Assembly: GCF_030684315.1 (NCBI RefSeq)
Contig: NC_081367.1
Coordinates: 31,540,792 to 31,604,791, forward strand
Direction: 5' to 3'
DNA from: Stegostoma tigrinum
Taxonomy: Eukaryota
Length of the DNA stretch: 64,000 nt
The notes under the pieces are model-generated. The model worked only from the letters and a program-made list of their open reading frames with translations, was not told the DNA's origin and did no database searches. Below are positions 1 to 12,104 of the stretch, piece by piece. The position numbers and the translations under genes are program-made. Each line of letters starts with the position of its first letter. Position 1 is the stretch's first letter.

Positions 1-649
1 ATAAATATTAACAAATAAGTTTCATTTATTCATACTGCAACTAAACATTGATTTTTTTAAGTACCTTTCATCCACAGTCAGGTGTTGAACATTCTCATAA
101 ACAGAGGAATAGACTTTGGTCTCAAATGACCACATGCTAAAACGATATCAAAGATCCACCGCTTCAGTAGGATTCAATCTTAACAAGCCCATTCAGTAGG
201 ATAAATTTAAGGAAATAAACTGGACTCAGAGTAGCTTTGAGTGAAATATTGTCATTAAACATAATATCCAAGCTGGCGCTCAAGTACCGTATTAACATAA
301 TTTGTAATTAAATGTGTCACTCTGCAGATAAACTGTTAACCCTAAATCCAATCTTCCCATTTATGTGGATGTACATGAATGCCCTCAAATGCAGACTTGA
401 TGCCTTTCGCCTCCCCTCTGCAAATCAGTCTTCTCATCTTATACACCTCAAATACTATATTACTTTGTCTCCACTTCTCTTTGCATCTTCCCCTTCCATC
501 TTCGCATTATCACTATCAGAAAGGATCTAAAGCCATCTTCTTTCGACTATCTGTGTATCATTGTCTCCTCCTACAAAACCTTTTTTTTTCCAAATTACAT
601 TCCCTTAATTTGTCCTATCCAGGTTCAGTGCTCGTTTTCCATGATTAAC

Positions 650-1663
650 TGTTAGAAATATATATGTATATTAGTAGACTGTGAACAATTGTAATAAAAG
701 ACTGCTTGGTTATTACTGGGTTGAAAAAGGGTTGATCATGTGATGTATTGGATATAAAGTTCAAAGATCTAAGGAAAGGTGGTTTAACCCACTATTTACA
801 AAAGTCAACTGACCTTAAAAATGTGTTCAGCATAGCTAATAACTGATGGATTTATTGCTTAAATTACAGGACTAAGAAACTTTGAAAAGCTTTGGATCTG
901 TGTTGAAGATTGCCTAGCACCAACCATGGTGCTAAAGTTACTTTTTCAGTACACACTCTTCTGTGGCAGTTATGGAGAGAATTGCAAGGAAAGGCAGTGA
1001 TTTCTCTCTCTCTCTCTCTCTCTCACAGAGAAAAGTCCTTGAAGTAAAATAAGCATTTAATTTACTCTCTCTCAGTGAAGTTGCTTGAAAAAAAAAACCT
1101 GAAGAAGTTTCACATATCAAAACTCTTAATGGTTTTCCTTCTGAAATCTGATTCGAAGATCTTACATCATTCTACAACCGTCAGCAATAGGATCACTTGT
1201 CCACAGAAAATCAAAGGAACTTGCGAAGTCAATGCTTTCTGTCTTCTGAATTTACACTCTTGACCCAAATGGGTGTTGGTCTGTTTTTCTGACCATTGTA
1301 TCAAACTCATGACACATCTGCAGAGCTGTATTGTCTTATCTGTGTTTGAATGTATTTGTGTGGGATTAAGGGAATACAGGTTAAGTCTGCTTAGTTAGTA
1401 TCTTAAAAAGCCCACTTAGCCACTTTTTTGTTATAAAAAGTTCAAAATTATTAATTTTGAATCATTCTTATGAATTCTTAGTAAGTAAATGTCTTTGAAT
1501 TCACTAAAGAAACTTGGTGAAAGTATTTATTGTTGTGGAAGAACTAACAGGGTGAAACAAATGAACCACTTTGCTGATTAATTAAGACATTTATACATTT
1601 GGTACAACTCGTGGAGTAGTGAAGCTAGATTCCAGTGTACTCCTCCCATCAGAGTCATGACCA
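650..1663 (+). mobile_element. Possible solo LTR
   Basis: Begins TGTTA and ends near TCATGACCA; internal CT tract; no TSD found. Confidence 0.25.
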
Positions 1664-2455
1664 TAAGATCATAACATACAGGAGCACAATCAGGATATTT
1701 AGCTGATGGAGTCTCCTCTGCCATTCATTTGTGACTGATGTGTTTCTCAAACCCATTCTCCTGCCTGCTCCCTGACATAGCTTATTGAATCAGATCTTCC
1801 AGTCTGGGTCAGAAACTCTGTTCCTAAACATGATCAAACAAAAAATATATATTCCTATCTTTGGAGGGGTACTCATGGAGGAGTATTGACCAGGAGGCAT
1901 CCCAGGTGAAGTAGTCAGGTCCAGGCCAGTAATCTGTGCAGCCAGCAGCAGAGTGGATTGGCATTGAAACCAAGCCCCATTTAATCATCGCTAGCTGCTA
2001 TGTTCCAAGTTTTAAAGGTCCTAAGGTGCTTTAACAGATGCTGACAGACATTCAGTGTGCAAAGTGAGTAGGAGGGGGGAGTAGGGTGACAGGTGGGTGG
2101 GGTTAAGGATGCTTATTGAGTGAACAGTAAGGTGCCAGGTATGTGGCAGTAGATTGACAAGCATTTAAAGTTGGTTCCCATTATCTCTGAAGCTGTGGGC
2201 TGTTGGGTCCGGTCTGGCTGGGAGTATGGCTTTGGGATGGAGGGATGGGATTGAATCAAATCCTGAGCAAAGTGAGTGGGGGTGATGGACCATGAAGTGG
2301 GCAATATCGCCAGGTCAAGTACAAATCTGGAGTGAGTTGGGGATAGGTCTTATTAAATAATTTAAAAATAGATCAGGGGTTTGAGGATCAGTCAGGTCCA
2401 GAGCAGTAGGTGATGGGGCTTTAGAAATCAGATGGGCACTAGGAGAGGGGAGTAG

Positions 2456-2583
2456 ATGTTTGTGTGTGCATATGTGTGTGTGCATGCGCGTGTGTGTATG
2501 TGTGTGCGCACGCGTGTGTCTACATATGTATGTACGTGTTTGTACACATGTGTATATGTATGTGTGCACAAGTATATGTGTGT
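2456..2583. repeat. Degenerate (TG)n/(TA)n purine-pyrimidine microsatellite
   Basis: Visible tract. Also (CT)n at 1003-1024 and (GA)n at about 63981-64000. Confidence 0.9.
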
Positions 2584-2716
2584 TTTGAGGGTGGGTGGTG
2601 GTGTCAGTGAGTGACTGAATGATCACTTTCACAGTGAGCCAGGAGTTAGAGTGGGTTTGAGTTACTCTATATAAAAAAAACAAAAGAGCTGTGAATGCTG
2701 GTGATCTGAATCAAAA

Positions 2717-2922
2717 ACTCTTCTGCAGCATCGAGTTCAGAGTGCACTCTCATGGTGGTTGAGCAGAGCACCTTAAGGACACTCTGAGGGCTTCTCTTAG
2801 GAGGTTTGATGTTGACTTCAAGTCTAAGGCAAAGTTTGGCCTGGATTATTGCATCTAGTACAAACAAATAAAGGATTGTGAGCTCTCGTTTTGAAAGAAA
2901 GCATTTATTAGAAGCAAAAATA
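2717..2922. repeat. 206-bp inverted duplicate of 4081-4286
   Basis: Direct comparison: 3 mismatches. Confidence 0.95.
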
Positions 2923-3518
2923 TGGAGAATCTCAGCAGGTCTGGCAGCACCAGCAGAGTTAATGTTCCAGACTTGAAATGTTAACTCTGTTTTCTCATCA
3001 CAAATGATGCCAGGGTGCTGAGTTTCTCCTAATATTTCTGCTTTTGTTTGAACTCTAACCATTCCTGACTAACTAATAAGCTAAACCACTCCTGACGCAT
3101 GGAGTCTTCAACTTTAGTTCAAGGCTGTGGGCCTTTTTCATAATTGTCCATGTTCCCATGTTCTTAGGCAATTACTGTTTTTCAATGCATCAGGAGTTCA
3201 GCAGTCCCAATGCATATCCTCCACGGTATGTACGATCTCTGACTAAGTGAAGACCAGATTGCGTGAAACATCATGAAATTCTGTTTTTTTTTTAAATACA
3301 GAAATGCAGCAAAAATGAAACTCGTTGGCTATGTCATAATTCCATCAATTAACTTACTTGTCTCCATGCAAATATACGTGATACAAAAATTAGATACGTT
3401 TTGCACATAACTCCTGTGATTTATTCTAAGCATGCCCATAGCTGCTGAATACTCCAGTTGATTATAAAACTGATTATTAACTTCAGAGCCAACACATAGC
3501 ATAACTGAATAAACCTAC

Positions 3519-3683
3519 CATGAACACCTTCTGTATTTTCATTATATCTTTGACGCTGAGTCGGTTTTCTAGCTGATTCACAACTTTCTTAGATGTTTCC
3601 ATTTTATCATAATTCAAATCAAGTGTTCCGAATTCTAGCTCATCTCCAGTGTTTATAGTCTCAACCGGCAACTGAGCGGACAT
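3519..3683 (-). CDS. WDR49: WD repeat-containing protein 49 (CFAP337-like), first coding exon; remainder lies left of the window
   Basis: MSAQLPVE...LENRLSVKDIMKIQKVFM resembles the human WDR49 N-terminus as I recall it (LENQLSVGDFVKIQKAF). Phase-0 donor ATG|gtaggt at 3518; acceptor ttttttctgttag near 3718. Position downstream of PDCD10 on the same strand matches human synteny. Confidence 0.7.
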
Positions 3684-5059
3684 TCTTCACAATGTCGAGA
3701 TTCACTGCATTTGGTTTCTAACAGAAAAAATGGACATCATGTTATGTTCATGAAACAGATACGTTATTTTCAGTAATCGTATATATAAATTCAATGAGCT
3801 TATTCCCCCTCCTGATTTTTTTTGCGAGAAAGCACCAAAACCCCCATGATTTGCAAGCAGTTTCTGCTCAATGTGTAATCCAGTGAGCATAAAGTCCAAC
3901 AGATACATCTCTCATGTTTGTTGTTCATCATCTGAGGTGTTTGGTAGGATTCCCCTGAGTATCTAGGCAATTGCTGAGACCAACATGTGCGTGGAGGGTT
4001 CTGCTGCAAATAGGTCAACGTATGGCAAATGATTGATTTTTGGAAGGTTTGCCAGCTCAGGACCTGCTTTGCTTGAGTTTTATTTTTGCTTCTAATAAAT
4101 GCTTCCTTTCAAAAGGAGAGCTCACAATCCTTTATTTGTTTGTACTAGATGCAATAATCCAGGCCAAACTTTGCCTTAGACTTGAAGTCAACATCAAACC
4201 TCCTAAGAGAAGCCCTCAGAGTGTCCTTAAGGTGCTCTGCTCAACCACCATGAGAGTGCACTCTGAACTCGATGTTGCAGAAGAGTCACATTTATCAGCA
4301 AAAGTCAGACATTCTGACAACACGACCACCTATGTTCAGTTACATGGCTGTGATACATTTGGTTGGCACAGCACCTTAACTGAGCCCTTCGATATCTGGT
4401 ATTTTGTCCAACCAGCAGGACATTTAAGGCAGTCAAAGTGAAAATCATTGAGTTTCTTGGCATGACTGTCGTCCAGGTTTTGCATGTGTAAGGCAGACTG
4501 GGCAGGCTTATTGCTCTTTAGACTCTCAATTTGGTAATTTGCTCCTCTCCATTTCCAAGCTAATGTATAAAGACTGGTAAAGACTGTATTTGTTTGGCAA
4601 TTCTTGAAAGTGTCCTAGAATCAACAAAAACAGATCAAAGAATGAGTAACTGAGGTGCATGAACTTATCCAATTTCTGGTTATGGACTGAAATATTGGAC
4701 TTGAGGTACAACCTTCCCAAAGTAGATCGAGCATTACTGAAGTTTTCTTTGTGCTGATCATAAAGCTGAAGTTCTTGCATACCACAGCAGGTCTGTGGTA
4801 CATGCACATCTATCTCTGAACTTATGGCTACAGCACAGTCATTCCAAACAGGAAATCATGAAGCACATTATTGGGTGACCTTGGCATTAGCCTGGGGTTG
4901 TTTTAGATTGAGCAGCTTCCTGGTCGCACAATATCTGACTTTGATTTCAGGACCGTTACCACAAAAGGCATCAGAGAGCATGATGGAAAAAGACATGCTG
5001 AAAAGTGTTCACCCCTAGCAGGCAACCTTATTTAATTCATGCAATCCCCATCTGTCCCT

Positions 5060-5900
5060 CTGCCTGGTGATGTCATAGTTGATTAGAGGCCAGTTTATAG
5101 AACATGAGAGTGTCTCTTCAGCAACAGGAAAATATTGCTGTTACAAATGCCAATTCTGATGATACTGTCCCACTCAACAAGACTAGATTACAGAGCTCCA
5201 AGATGCAGAGGGACCTATGTGTCCCAGTGCATGAATCGCAACAGCTTAGTCTGCAGGTACAGGAGGTAAGTGGAAAATCTAATATATTGTTAGTATTCTT
5301 TATGACTGCTATTGAACCCAAAAGTTGAGGGGTTAAGCTTCAATTACACAGGGCATTTGTCAGACGACAGGAATGTATTCAATTGTGGTTGTCTTATTTA
5401 AGGAGGGATATCAATACATAGAAAATAATTCAGAGCAGGTTTACTGGGCTAACACTTGGAATGGGCGGATTGTCTTAGGAAGCAAGTTTAGTCAGGCTAG
5501 GCTTGTGTCCACTGGACTTTGGCAAGGTAAAAGGAAACTTGATTGAATCATAAGATCCTGAGGGGTCGTGATAGGGCGGATGTGAAAAGAATGTTTCCTG
5601 TTGTGGCAGATCCTAGAACCAGAGGTCCTGGTTTATGAGTGAGCCATTTAAGACAAAGGTGAAGAGATTTGTTTTCTCACAGAGGGTCATTAGTCTTTGG
5701 AACCCCCTTAGTGGAAAGGCTGTCGAAATAGGGTCCTTGAATTTTTTTTAAGGCAGAGATAGTTAAATTCTTGATAAGCAGTGGGTGAAAGCTTATCAGG
5801 GATAGGCAGAAATGTGCAGCAAACAGATCAGTCATGATCTTACTGAATTACAGAGCAGGCTTAAGCAGCAAGGTGGCTTAATCTTTTTCCTAACTCATAA
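5060..5900 (+). mobile_element. CR1 LINE 3' fragment (degenerate)
   Basis: Degenerate ORF2 C-terminal signatures (QRDLxVxVH, R(V)IxLWN) followed by a 3' UTR. Confidence 0.7.
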
Positions 5901-6088
5901 AGCCATATTACAAAGTGAAGGCATCAAGAATAATTAGCTTATCCAACTTTGGCATAGCAGAAATCAAGGAATGGAGGTCCCCATAGACTCAATCCTTGAC
6001 TTCAGCAAGGTTGGTAAAGCAGGGGCATGCATGCTGCTGAGAATTGTTAATGTCTTAGCATGCACAGAAAGATTACTAATAATCATAT

Positions 6089-7175
6089 TGTAGTGATTGT
6101 AACGAGGTCAGCCCGGTAAACTGCCTGGACTTGGTCACACATCGACTGTGTAGATCCATTCATTAGCACGATGTTTTTAGTCATTGTGGACGCTCACTCA
6201 AAATGCCTGGACATGCATACAGTCCATTCAGCAAACACGGGGATGACAACAGAAAAACACAGCACATCCACGGGCATCCAGAAGTGCTGGTCACAGATAA
6301 TGGGCCATTGTCCACTAGCAGGAAATTTCAGTACTTCCTAAGTTGAATAGTTTGACACTCCTGTTTTCATTTGTCAGCCAGGACTCCCTAATTGGGACTG
6401 TTTAACCTGGTCCAATTAGGAACCTCAATTCTATGAGGTCCACATGGCTGACCTCACTACAATCACTATATCCTTCCCATTCTGAGTCCGAAAACATACC
6501 ACTTCTCTTTCTGGTGTGTTTTACCACAGATCAAAGTTCCTCCAACTCTGTCTCGGATATGGGCAGTTTGTAAAGTACAGTAGCTTGCCTCTTATACCTG
6601 GAATATCTTGGAAGATATTCATTATTCTCTTCAGTGGCAAAGGTGTCAAGACTGCAACATTTGCCATTTCAGATTCTGAAGTACATGCAAATCGTGTTGG
6701 AGAAGGAGAACCCATGGGTTCTGACAGACTTTTTGATGGTTCCAAGAAATTGGGCACATTTTTCTCCCACTTGTTGGCAAGTTTGCAGCCTTCATATGGT
6801 GCAAGTTCAGGACTATTGCTCTTACCCAATCTACACATTATTGGACCTAACCTTGTTTGTGCTATGCCTTTTATCCATGCAGAACCACTCCCGTGGCTCC
6901 TACACCAAAGTTCAAACTGAAATATAGTGGTCTCTCTCACTTAGTAGAGTCTTGTGTCTGGCACTGGCATTCCTGTTGCAGTTTCACCCTTCCCACCCAG
7001 GTCCGGGAAGATCGGGTTTCACCAGATGTGGAAATTTCTTCCCATTAGCAACTCTGCTGGAGCTATCTCTGTGGTTGCATGAGGGATAGTCTGATAATCA
7101 AATAGGAACAGAGACAGCATGGTATTGAGTGAAGCTGTAGGCTGTTTCTTTAAGCCTACTTTCAAAGTTTGGACT
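6089..7175. mobile_element. Degenerate, internally inverted Gypsy-type LTR retrotransposon remnant (integrase, PPT, LTR start)
   Basis: Plus strand 6120-6350 encodes MFLVIVDAHSK and PEVLVTDNGP. Minus strand 7175-6830 encodes VQTLK..LFLFDYQTIPHATTEIAPAELLMGR and a GPY/F-like WIKGI..RLGPIM. Purine tract next to an LTR-start-like sequence at 6470. Confidence 0.75.
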
Positions 7176-7186
7176 ACTCACGGAGA

Positions 7187-7830
7187 AGGTAAGAACTACC
7201 GATGCTGGAGTCAGAGATAATACAGTGTGGAGATGAAGAAACACAACAGGCCAGGAAGCAAGCATCAGAGGAAGAGGAAAGTTGATGTTTTGGGTCAGGA
7301 CCCTTCTTCAGAAATGGGAAGGGGGAAGGGATCTCAGAAATAACCAGAGAAAAGAGGAGTGGGGCTGGGGAAGGTGGGTGGGATGGTGATAGGTCAGTGC
7401 AGGTCACGAGTGGTAGGGATTGGTCAGTGAGGCGAGAAGGTTGGACAGGTGGGAGAGAAGATAGACAGGTTGTGTCAGGTCAAGGAGGTGGGGATGAGAG
7501 GGAGGGTTGCTCATGGGATGTGGCTGGGGGTAGGGAAATTTTGAAACTGGTAAAATTCTCACTTAGGCCATTGGGCTCTAGGCTCCCGAGGCAGAATGAG
7601 GTGCTGCTCCTCCATTTTGCGGGTAAATGAGCAGCACCTCATATTCTGCCTTGGAATCCTACAGCCTGATGGCTTAAATGTGGATTTCACTAGTTTTGAA
7701 ATCTCCTCATCCCATGACCCACCCTCCCTGTCATGCCCACCCTATTGACCTGCCGCAGCCTGTCCTGCTTCTCTCCCACTTATCCACTCCTCCCACATCA
7801 CTGACTGAAGAGGGGTCCAGTAAGGACCAG
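7187..7830. mobile_element. Older PLE fragment folded back at about 7620 (minus arm, then plus arm of the GIY-YIG C-terminus/3' region)
   Basis: gaggtgctgctc (about 7598-7609) is mirrored by gagcagcacctc (about 7629-7640); both arms resemble the PLE 3' region. Confidence 0.7.
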
Positions 7831-8039
7831 GGTAAGGATGGTAAATTTCCTCTCCATTAAGACATTAGTGAGTCAGATGGGATTTTATGACAATCGATAA
7901 GAATTTGTGGATTAGTTCTCCATCCCAGATGTACTAATTGACCTTAAATTCCACCAGTTATTTGACCCCTGAGCCCAGAGCAGAAGTCCTGACCTTGGTT
8001 TACTATTCGGTGACATTACTACCGTCTCATTGAGCATTT

Positions 8040-8760
8040 TCTGCTATTTCAGATTTCGAACAGTCGCAGTATTGTGCTTTTGCAATTCTTCGGAGTCGCG
8101 GTAAGAATTGGTAAGGATTTGGCCCTGGATTTCTTTTTCTCTCCGGCTATGATATAGAACTCGTCAACTGGCAAGTCTGCATCTAAAACAATTTCCAAAT
8201 TCCGGGTCGCTGCGCATTTTGCGAAAGACACTGAAAAACAAAGTTTCCATTTCACATGGCATTTCGCAGATATCGTTAACCTTTGGGAAAGAGTTTCAGT
8301 GAATAACACACGGGGTAAGGGTTTACTACCACGAAAGCATCATACATTTGCAGGTGCTCTTTGCACGTTAGAATTAAGCAGATTTCACCTACCCGGTAAC
8401 TTGCAGCAAACAAAACGTTCCGGCAATGGCTTCAGTTTCCACACAAAACGCAGTGAATGTAGTAACCGAGCAACCAGTCGCACACTTTGGCTCTGACCCC
8501 ACATTCGGTCAATCATCCAACAGGGCGGGGCAGACATTGCACTGAAACTGTCACGTATCAATGTGGAGCTGTGCAAATTCTCTGCGAACGACATCAATAT
8601 GTGGATTTAAAACAATTACCTGTTAATTGCGCCTTTCATTTAGCTCCGCATCCTGAAATATTTTCAAACGGGAGCGACAGTATTCTCAAAGAACATTCGC
8701 CAATGTCGCACATACCTACCGCTGGTACGGCCAATGGTTACAAACTGCCAGTATAAAGTT
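8040..8760 (-). promoter_or_regulatory. Probable WDR49 promoter / non-coding first exon (CpG-enriched)
   Basis: Local CpG enrichment. RFX X-box-like GTAACCGAGCAAC at 8462-8474, GC box GGGCGGGG at 8523-8530, CCAAT at about 8700 and 8731. Minus-strand donor CGG|gtaggt at 8392. Confidence 0.5.
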
Positions 8761-8763
8761 AGT

Positions 8764-9057
8764 TAACCTCATCCCACCTCCTTGACCTGTCCGTCTTCCC
8801 TGGACTGACCTATTCCCTCCCTACCTCCCCACCTATACTCCCTCCACCTATCTTCTTTTCTCTCCATCTTCGGTCCGCCTCCCCCTCTCTCCCTATTTAT
8901 TCCAGCTCCCTCTCCCCATCCCCCTCTCTGATGAAGGGTCTAGGCCCGAAACGTCAGCTTTTGTGCTCCTGAGATGCTGCTTGGCCTGCTGTGTTCATCC
9001 AGCCTCACACTTCGTTATCTTGGATTCTCCAGCATCTGCAGTTCCCATTATCACTAA
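8764..9057 (+). mobile_element. PLE terminal-repeat fragment with 12-bp TSD
   Basis: Matches the last ~290 bp of the 32.4-34.0 kb copy. TSD tataaagttagt at 8752-8763 and 9058-9069. Confidence 0.9.
8928..8957 (+). ncRNA. Minimal type I hammerhead-ribozyme-like motif in the PLE terminal repeat
   Basis: CUGAUGA-A-GGGUC(UA)GGCCC-GAAA-CG-UC-AG: hammerhead core boxes around a stem II. PLE-associated minimal hammerheads are established. Confidence 0.6.
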
Positions 9058-10869
9058 TATAAAGTTAGTCATAGCTTTATACGGTATTCCAGTCCATTTT
9101 TCATCGAGGCTTGGGAAATCCAAAATCTCAATTTTTTTTTCGGCTATGCCTACTTAATAGGGATTTAAAAATAAAACTCTCCTGGGAGATGGGGTTTGAT
9201 GGCTGGGCCAGCATTTATTGCCTGTCACAAGTTGTCCGTGAGAAGGTGTAGGTGAGCTGACTTGTTGCATCACTGCAGGTGATGTGCTGTGGGTTGACCC
9301 ACAACACCCTTAGGAAGGGAATTACAGGACTTTGGCACTGCAACAGTGAGGAAATGGCATTATATTTCCAACTCAGGATGGAGAGTGGATTGGAGGGAAA
9401 CTTGCAGGTGGTGGTGCTGGTGTTCCCATATATCTACCACTGTTGTCCTTCTTGATGGAAGTGGTCATGGGTTTGGAAGGTCTGGCCTAAGGATTTTTGT
9501 CAAACTTCTGCAGTGTATCTGGTAGATGGTACACAGTGCTGTTATAGGCATCAGTGGTGGATTGACTGACTTTTTAAAGGTCTGTTTTGATCTGTTAACA
9601 ATTAACGCCCTGAATTGTCCTGGATGGTGTCAAGCGATGCAGTCATACAGGGATGTAGGGAATATTCCAACAGACTTCTAACTTGTGACTTGTACATGGT
9701 GGAAGGCTTCCGGATTAAAGAGGCGACTAATTGCTGCAGTATTCCCGGCTTCTGACATGCTTTCGTAAACACTGTGTTTATGTGGCGAGTCCAGTTCAGC
9801 TTCTGATCAGTGAAAACCCGTGTGGTGAAGATTAGTGGGAGATTCAACAATGGGAATGCTATTGAATGCCAAGGGGCAGGGATTAGATTGTATCTTATTG
9901 GAGTTGGCCATTGCCTGGCACCTGCATGGCACAGATGTCACTTGAATTAAGTACAAGTGAATTATGTTGTGTAGATGGCAGAGTGAGGAGGGGGGTGGTG
10001 GTGGAGGAGGAGTAGGAAAGAGGTTACTTTAGTGGTTAGCCCTGAATCAATGGTATGAAATGATTGAGAGCAAATGAACTGAATGGCCATTATGAAGAGC
10101 TCCTTAACAGGCCTTACATACTTGGAAGTAAATATTTACATGTCTCCACCATCAGTGATGGAAATTTCTGCAAGTTAACCTTCAAAGGCTGGAGCTGGAA
10201 TGTTTTGGGTCATTTGGGAAGTTAAAAAGTCAAAGCATGAAGAAAAAGATCTTCATGCAGGCCATCAATCCTGCCTAACCTGCACCAGTACTTGCTGCTT
10301 GTCTTTTGTTTTTATGATTCTTTTTAGCTTGGAGTCAGTTGTCTGTCTTTTATTTATATTTAATCAACCTGTTTATCGATATTACACGCCTCTGGAGTAC
10401 ATGGGAGTTAAGCCTAAGTCTCCTGGTCCAGAAGTAGGGACACTACCACTGCACTACAAGATCCTTACTGCTTGTTGTGATTTATGTTTTTGCTGACTAT
10501 CTGGTGTGTTATATGAACATGAAAACCTAAGCAGGAGAAAGCAATTGAACCACTTGAGCCTAAGCTGCCATTCAATAGGATCATTGGCTGATCTCATCTT
10601 GGCCTGAACTCAACTTTCTTACCTACTCTCCATGACTCTTCAACCCATTATTAATTCAATAAACAGTCCATTGTCTCCTTTAATTTACTCTGTACTGGCA
10701 GACAGCACAGTATGAACTAGTGAATTCCATAGATTCTTGACCCTTTGAAGAAGTAATTTTGTGTTGTCAGCTTTAAATGTGCTACCCGTATCCTAAAACG
10801 ATGACAATCCTTTCTACTTATACTTTGTCATTTCCCTTTAGCGTCTTACATACCTCAATCAGAATTAGC

Positions 10870-11345
10870 CTAGGTTTATTGTCAAATGTACTGCAGTACA
10901 GGGCTTTCGGAGTACAGTGAAAAATGGTCAAGATCACCATTTCTGGCACCATCATAGGTACAAAGATACCTAGCAACAAAATGTTAGGTATAAAGCAGAA
11001 AAATGAAAAAAATGTTAAAAGATCATTGTTACAGTCTGTATAAAGCTAGGTAGAAAGGTACTGAGGTAAAAAATCATGGGTATAAATTAGAAAAATAAGG
11101 AAATAAAGGTAAGAGTTCAGTATTTCTGAAGCAGAGAGTCCATGCTGAACTTCACGTTGAGGCCCGGAGTATGCACTGGGCTTCCTCAACGAGGCTGGGA
11201 GTCCATGCTGGCTCAACTCTCCACTAATCATGCCATTTGAGGTATGGAGGTAAGTTAAGAGAAAAAGAAGGAAAAATAATTAAAAAATGGAGAGAGGAAA
11301 AAGAACTGGACAGAGCAGACAAGCTGCGACTCTCCATCTATCTTA
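10870..11345 (-). mobile_element. Unclassified retroposed repeat (similar to about 50640-51150 - and possibly 15015-15510 +)
   Basis: Shared end motif (minus strand) ttttcactgta..gtaca..aata(aa) with a GC-richer body; family not identified. Confidence 0.4.
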
Positions 11346-11475
11346 AATCATTGGAAACCTAAATCTAATTCTTCAGTTAGATGTCCTCTCATTGTTCTAA
11401 ACTCCAGAGAGTATAGGAGATGAAATTGCTCAATTTCTCTTCTTAAGACAAACAGCTAATTTCTGAAATCAATCG

Positions 11476-11878
11476 TCAGAAAAGGGTCCCGAAACAAAAC
11501 GTCAGCTTTCCTGCTCCTCTGACACTGCCTGGCCTGCTGTGTTCCTCCAGCTCACTGTGTTATCTCAATAGATTTATACTTGTTTTATTTTTATAAGTTA
11601 TCCCTGGCTTTCTCTGTTATGTATATTAAAGCATGTGTGACAGCTGACATGATTAACTGCCTGCTGTGTGGTTCCAGTTGTTGCAGTTATAAGAAGGATG
11701 TGTTGCAGAGGAGATTTACCAGGATAATGCCTGAGCTGGAGAATCTGAGCTTTAAGGAAAGATTGGATACACTGGTGTTTATTTCCTTGGAGCAAAGAAG
11801 GTTGAGTGGGAATCTGATGGAAATATTTAAGATTGAAGCGCATGGGGCAAATTTGAAGGAACTTCTTCCTTTACTAGG
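11476..11878. repeat. 403-bp inverted duplicate of 13176-13578
   Basis: Direct comparison: about 8 mismatches; mirrored ORFs 11580 (+) and 13142 (-). Confidence 0.95.
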
Positions 11879-12104
11879 TAATCTAGATGTCAGAGGTAGT
11901 TTCTTTACTCAGAGAGTAGTAAGGGAATAGAATGCTTTGCCTGCAACGGTAGTAGATTCGCCAACTTTAGGTACATTTAAGTCGTCATTGGACAAGCATA
12001 TGGACGTACATGGAGTAGTGTAGGTTAGATGGGCTTGAGATTGGTATGAAAGGTCGGCACAACATCGAGGGCCGAAGGGCCTGTACTGTGCTCTAATGTT
12101 CTAT
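11879..12104 (+). mobile_element. CR1 LINE extreme 3' end fused to a locally copied segment
   Basis: DVRGSFFTQRVV, then gagggccgaagggcctgtactgtg and a ttctat tail. Confidence 0.8.

Noticed and set aside
60-600. Further WDR49 exons near the left edge
   Set aside because: Candidate acceptors (about 137 and 571) lead to early stops in the required phase, with no WDR49-like translation.
2667-4441. Paired ORFs of 131 and 133 aa as duplicated genes
   Set aside because: The similarity comes only from the 206-bp inverted duplication; no recognisable protein family or splice structure.
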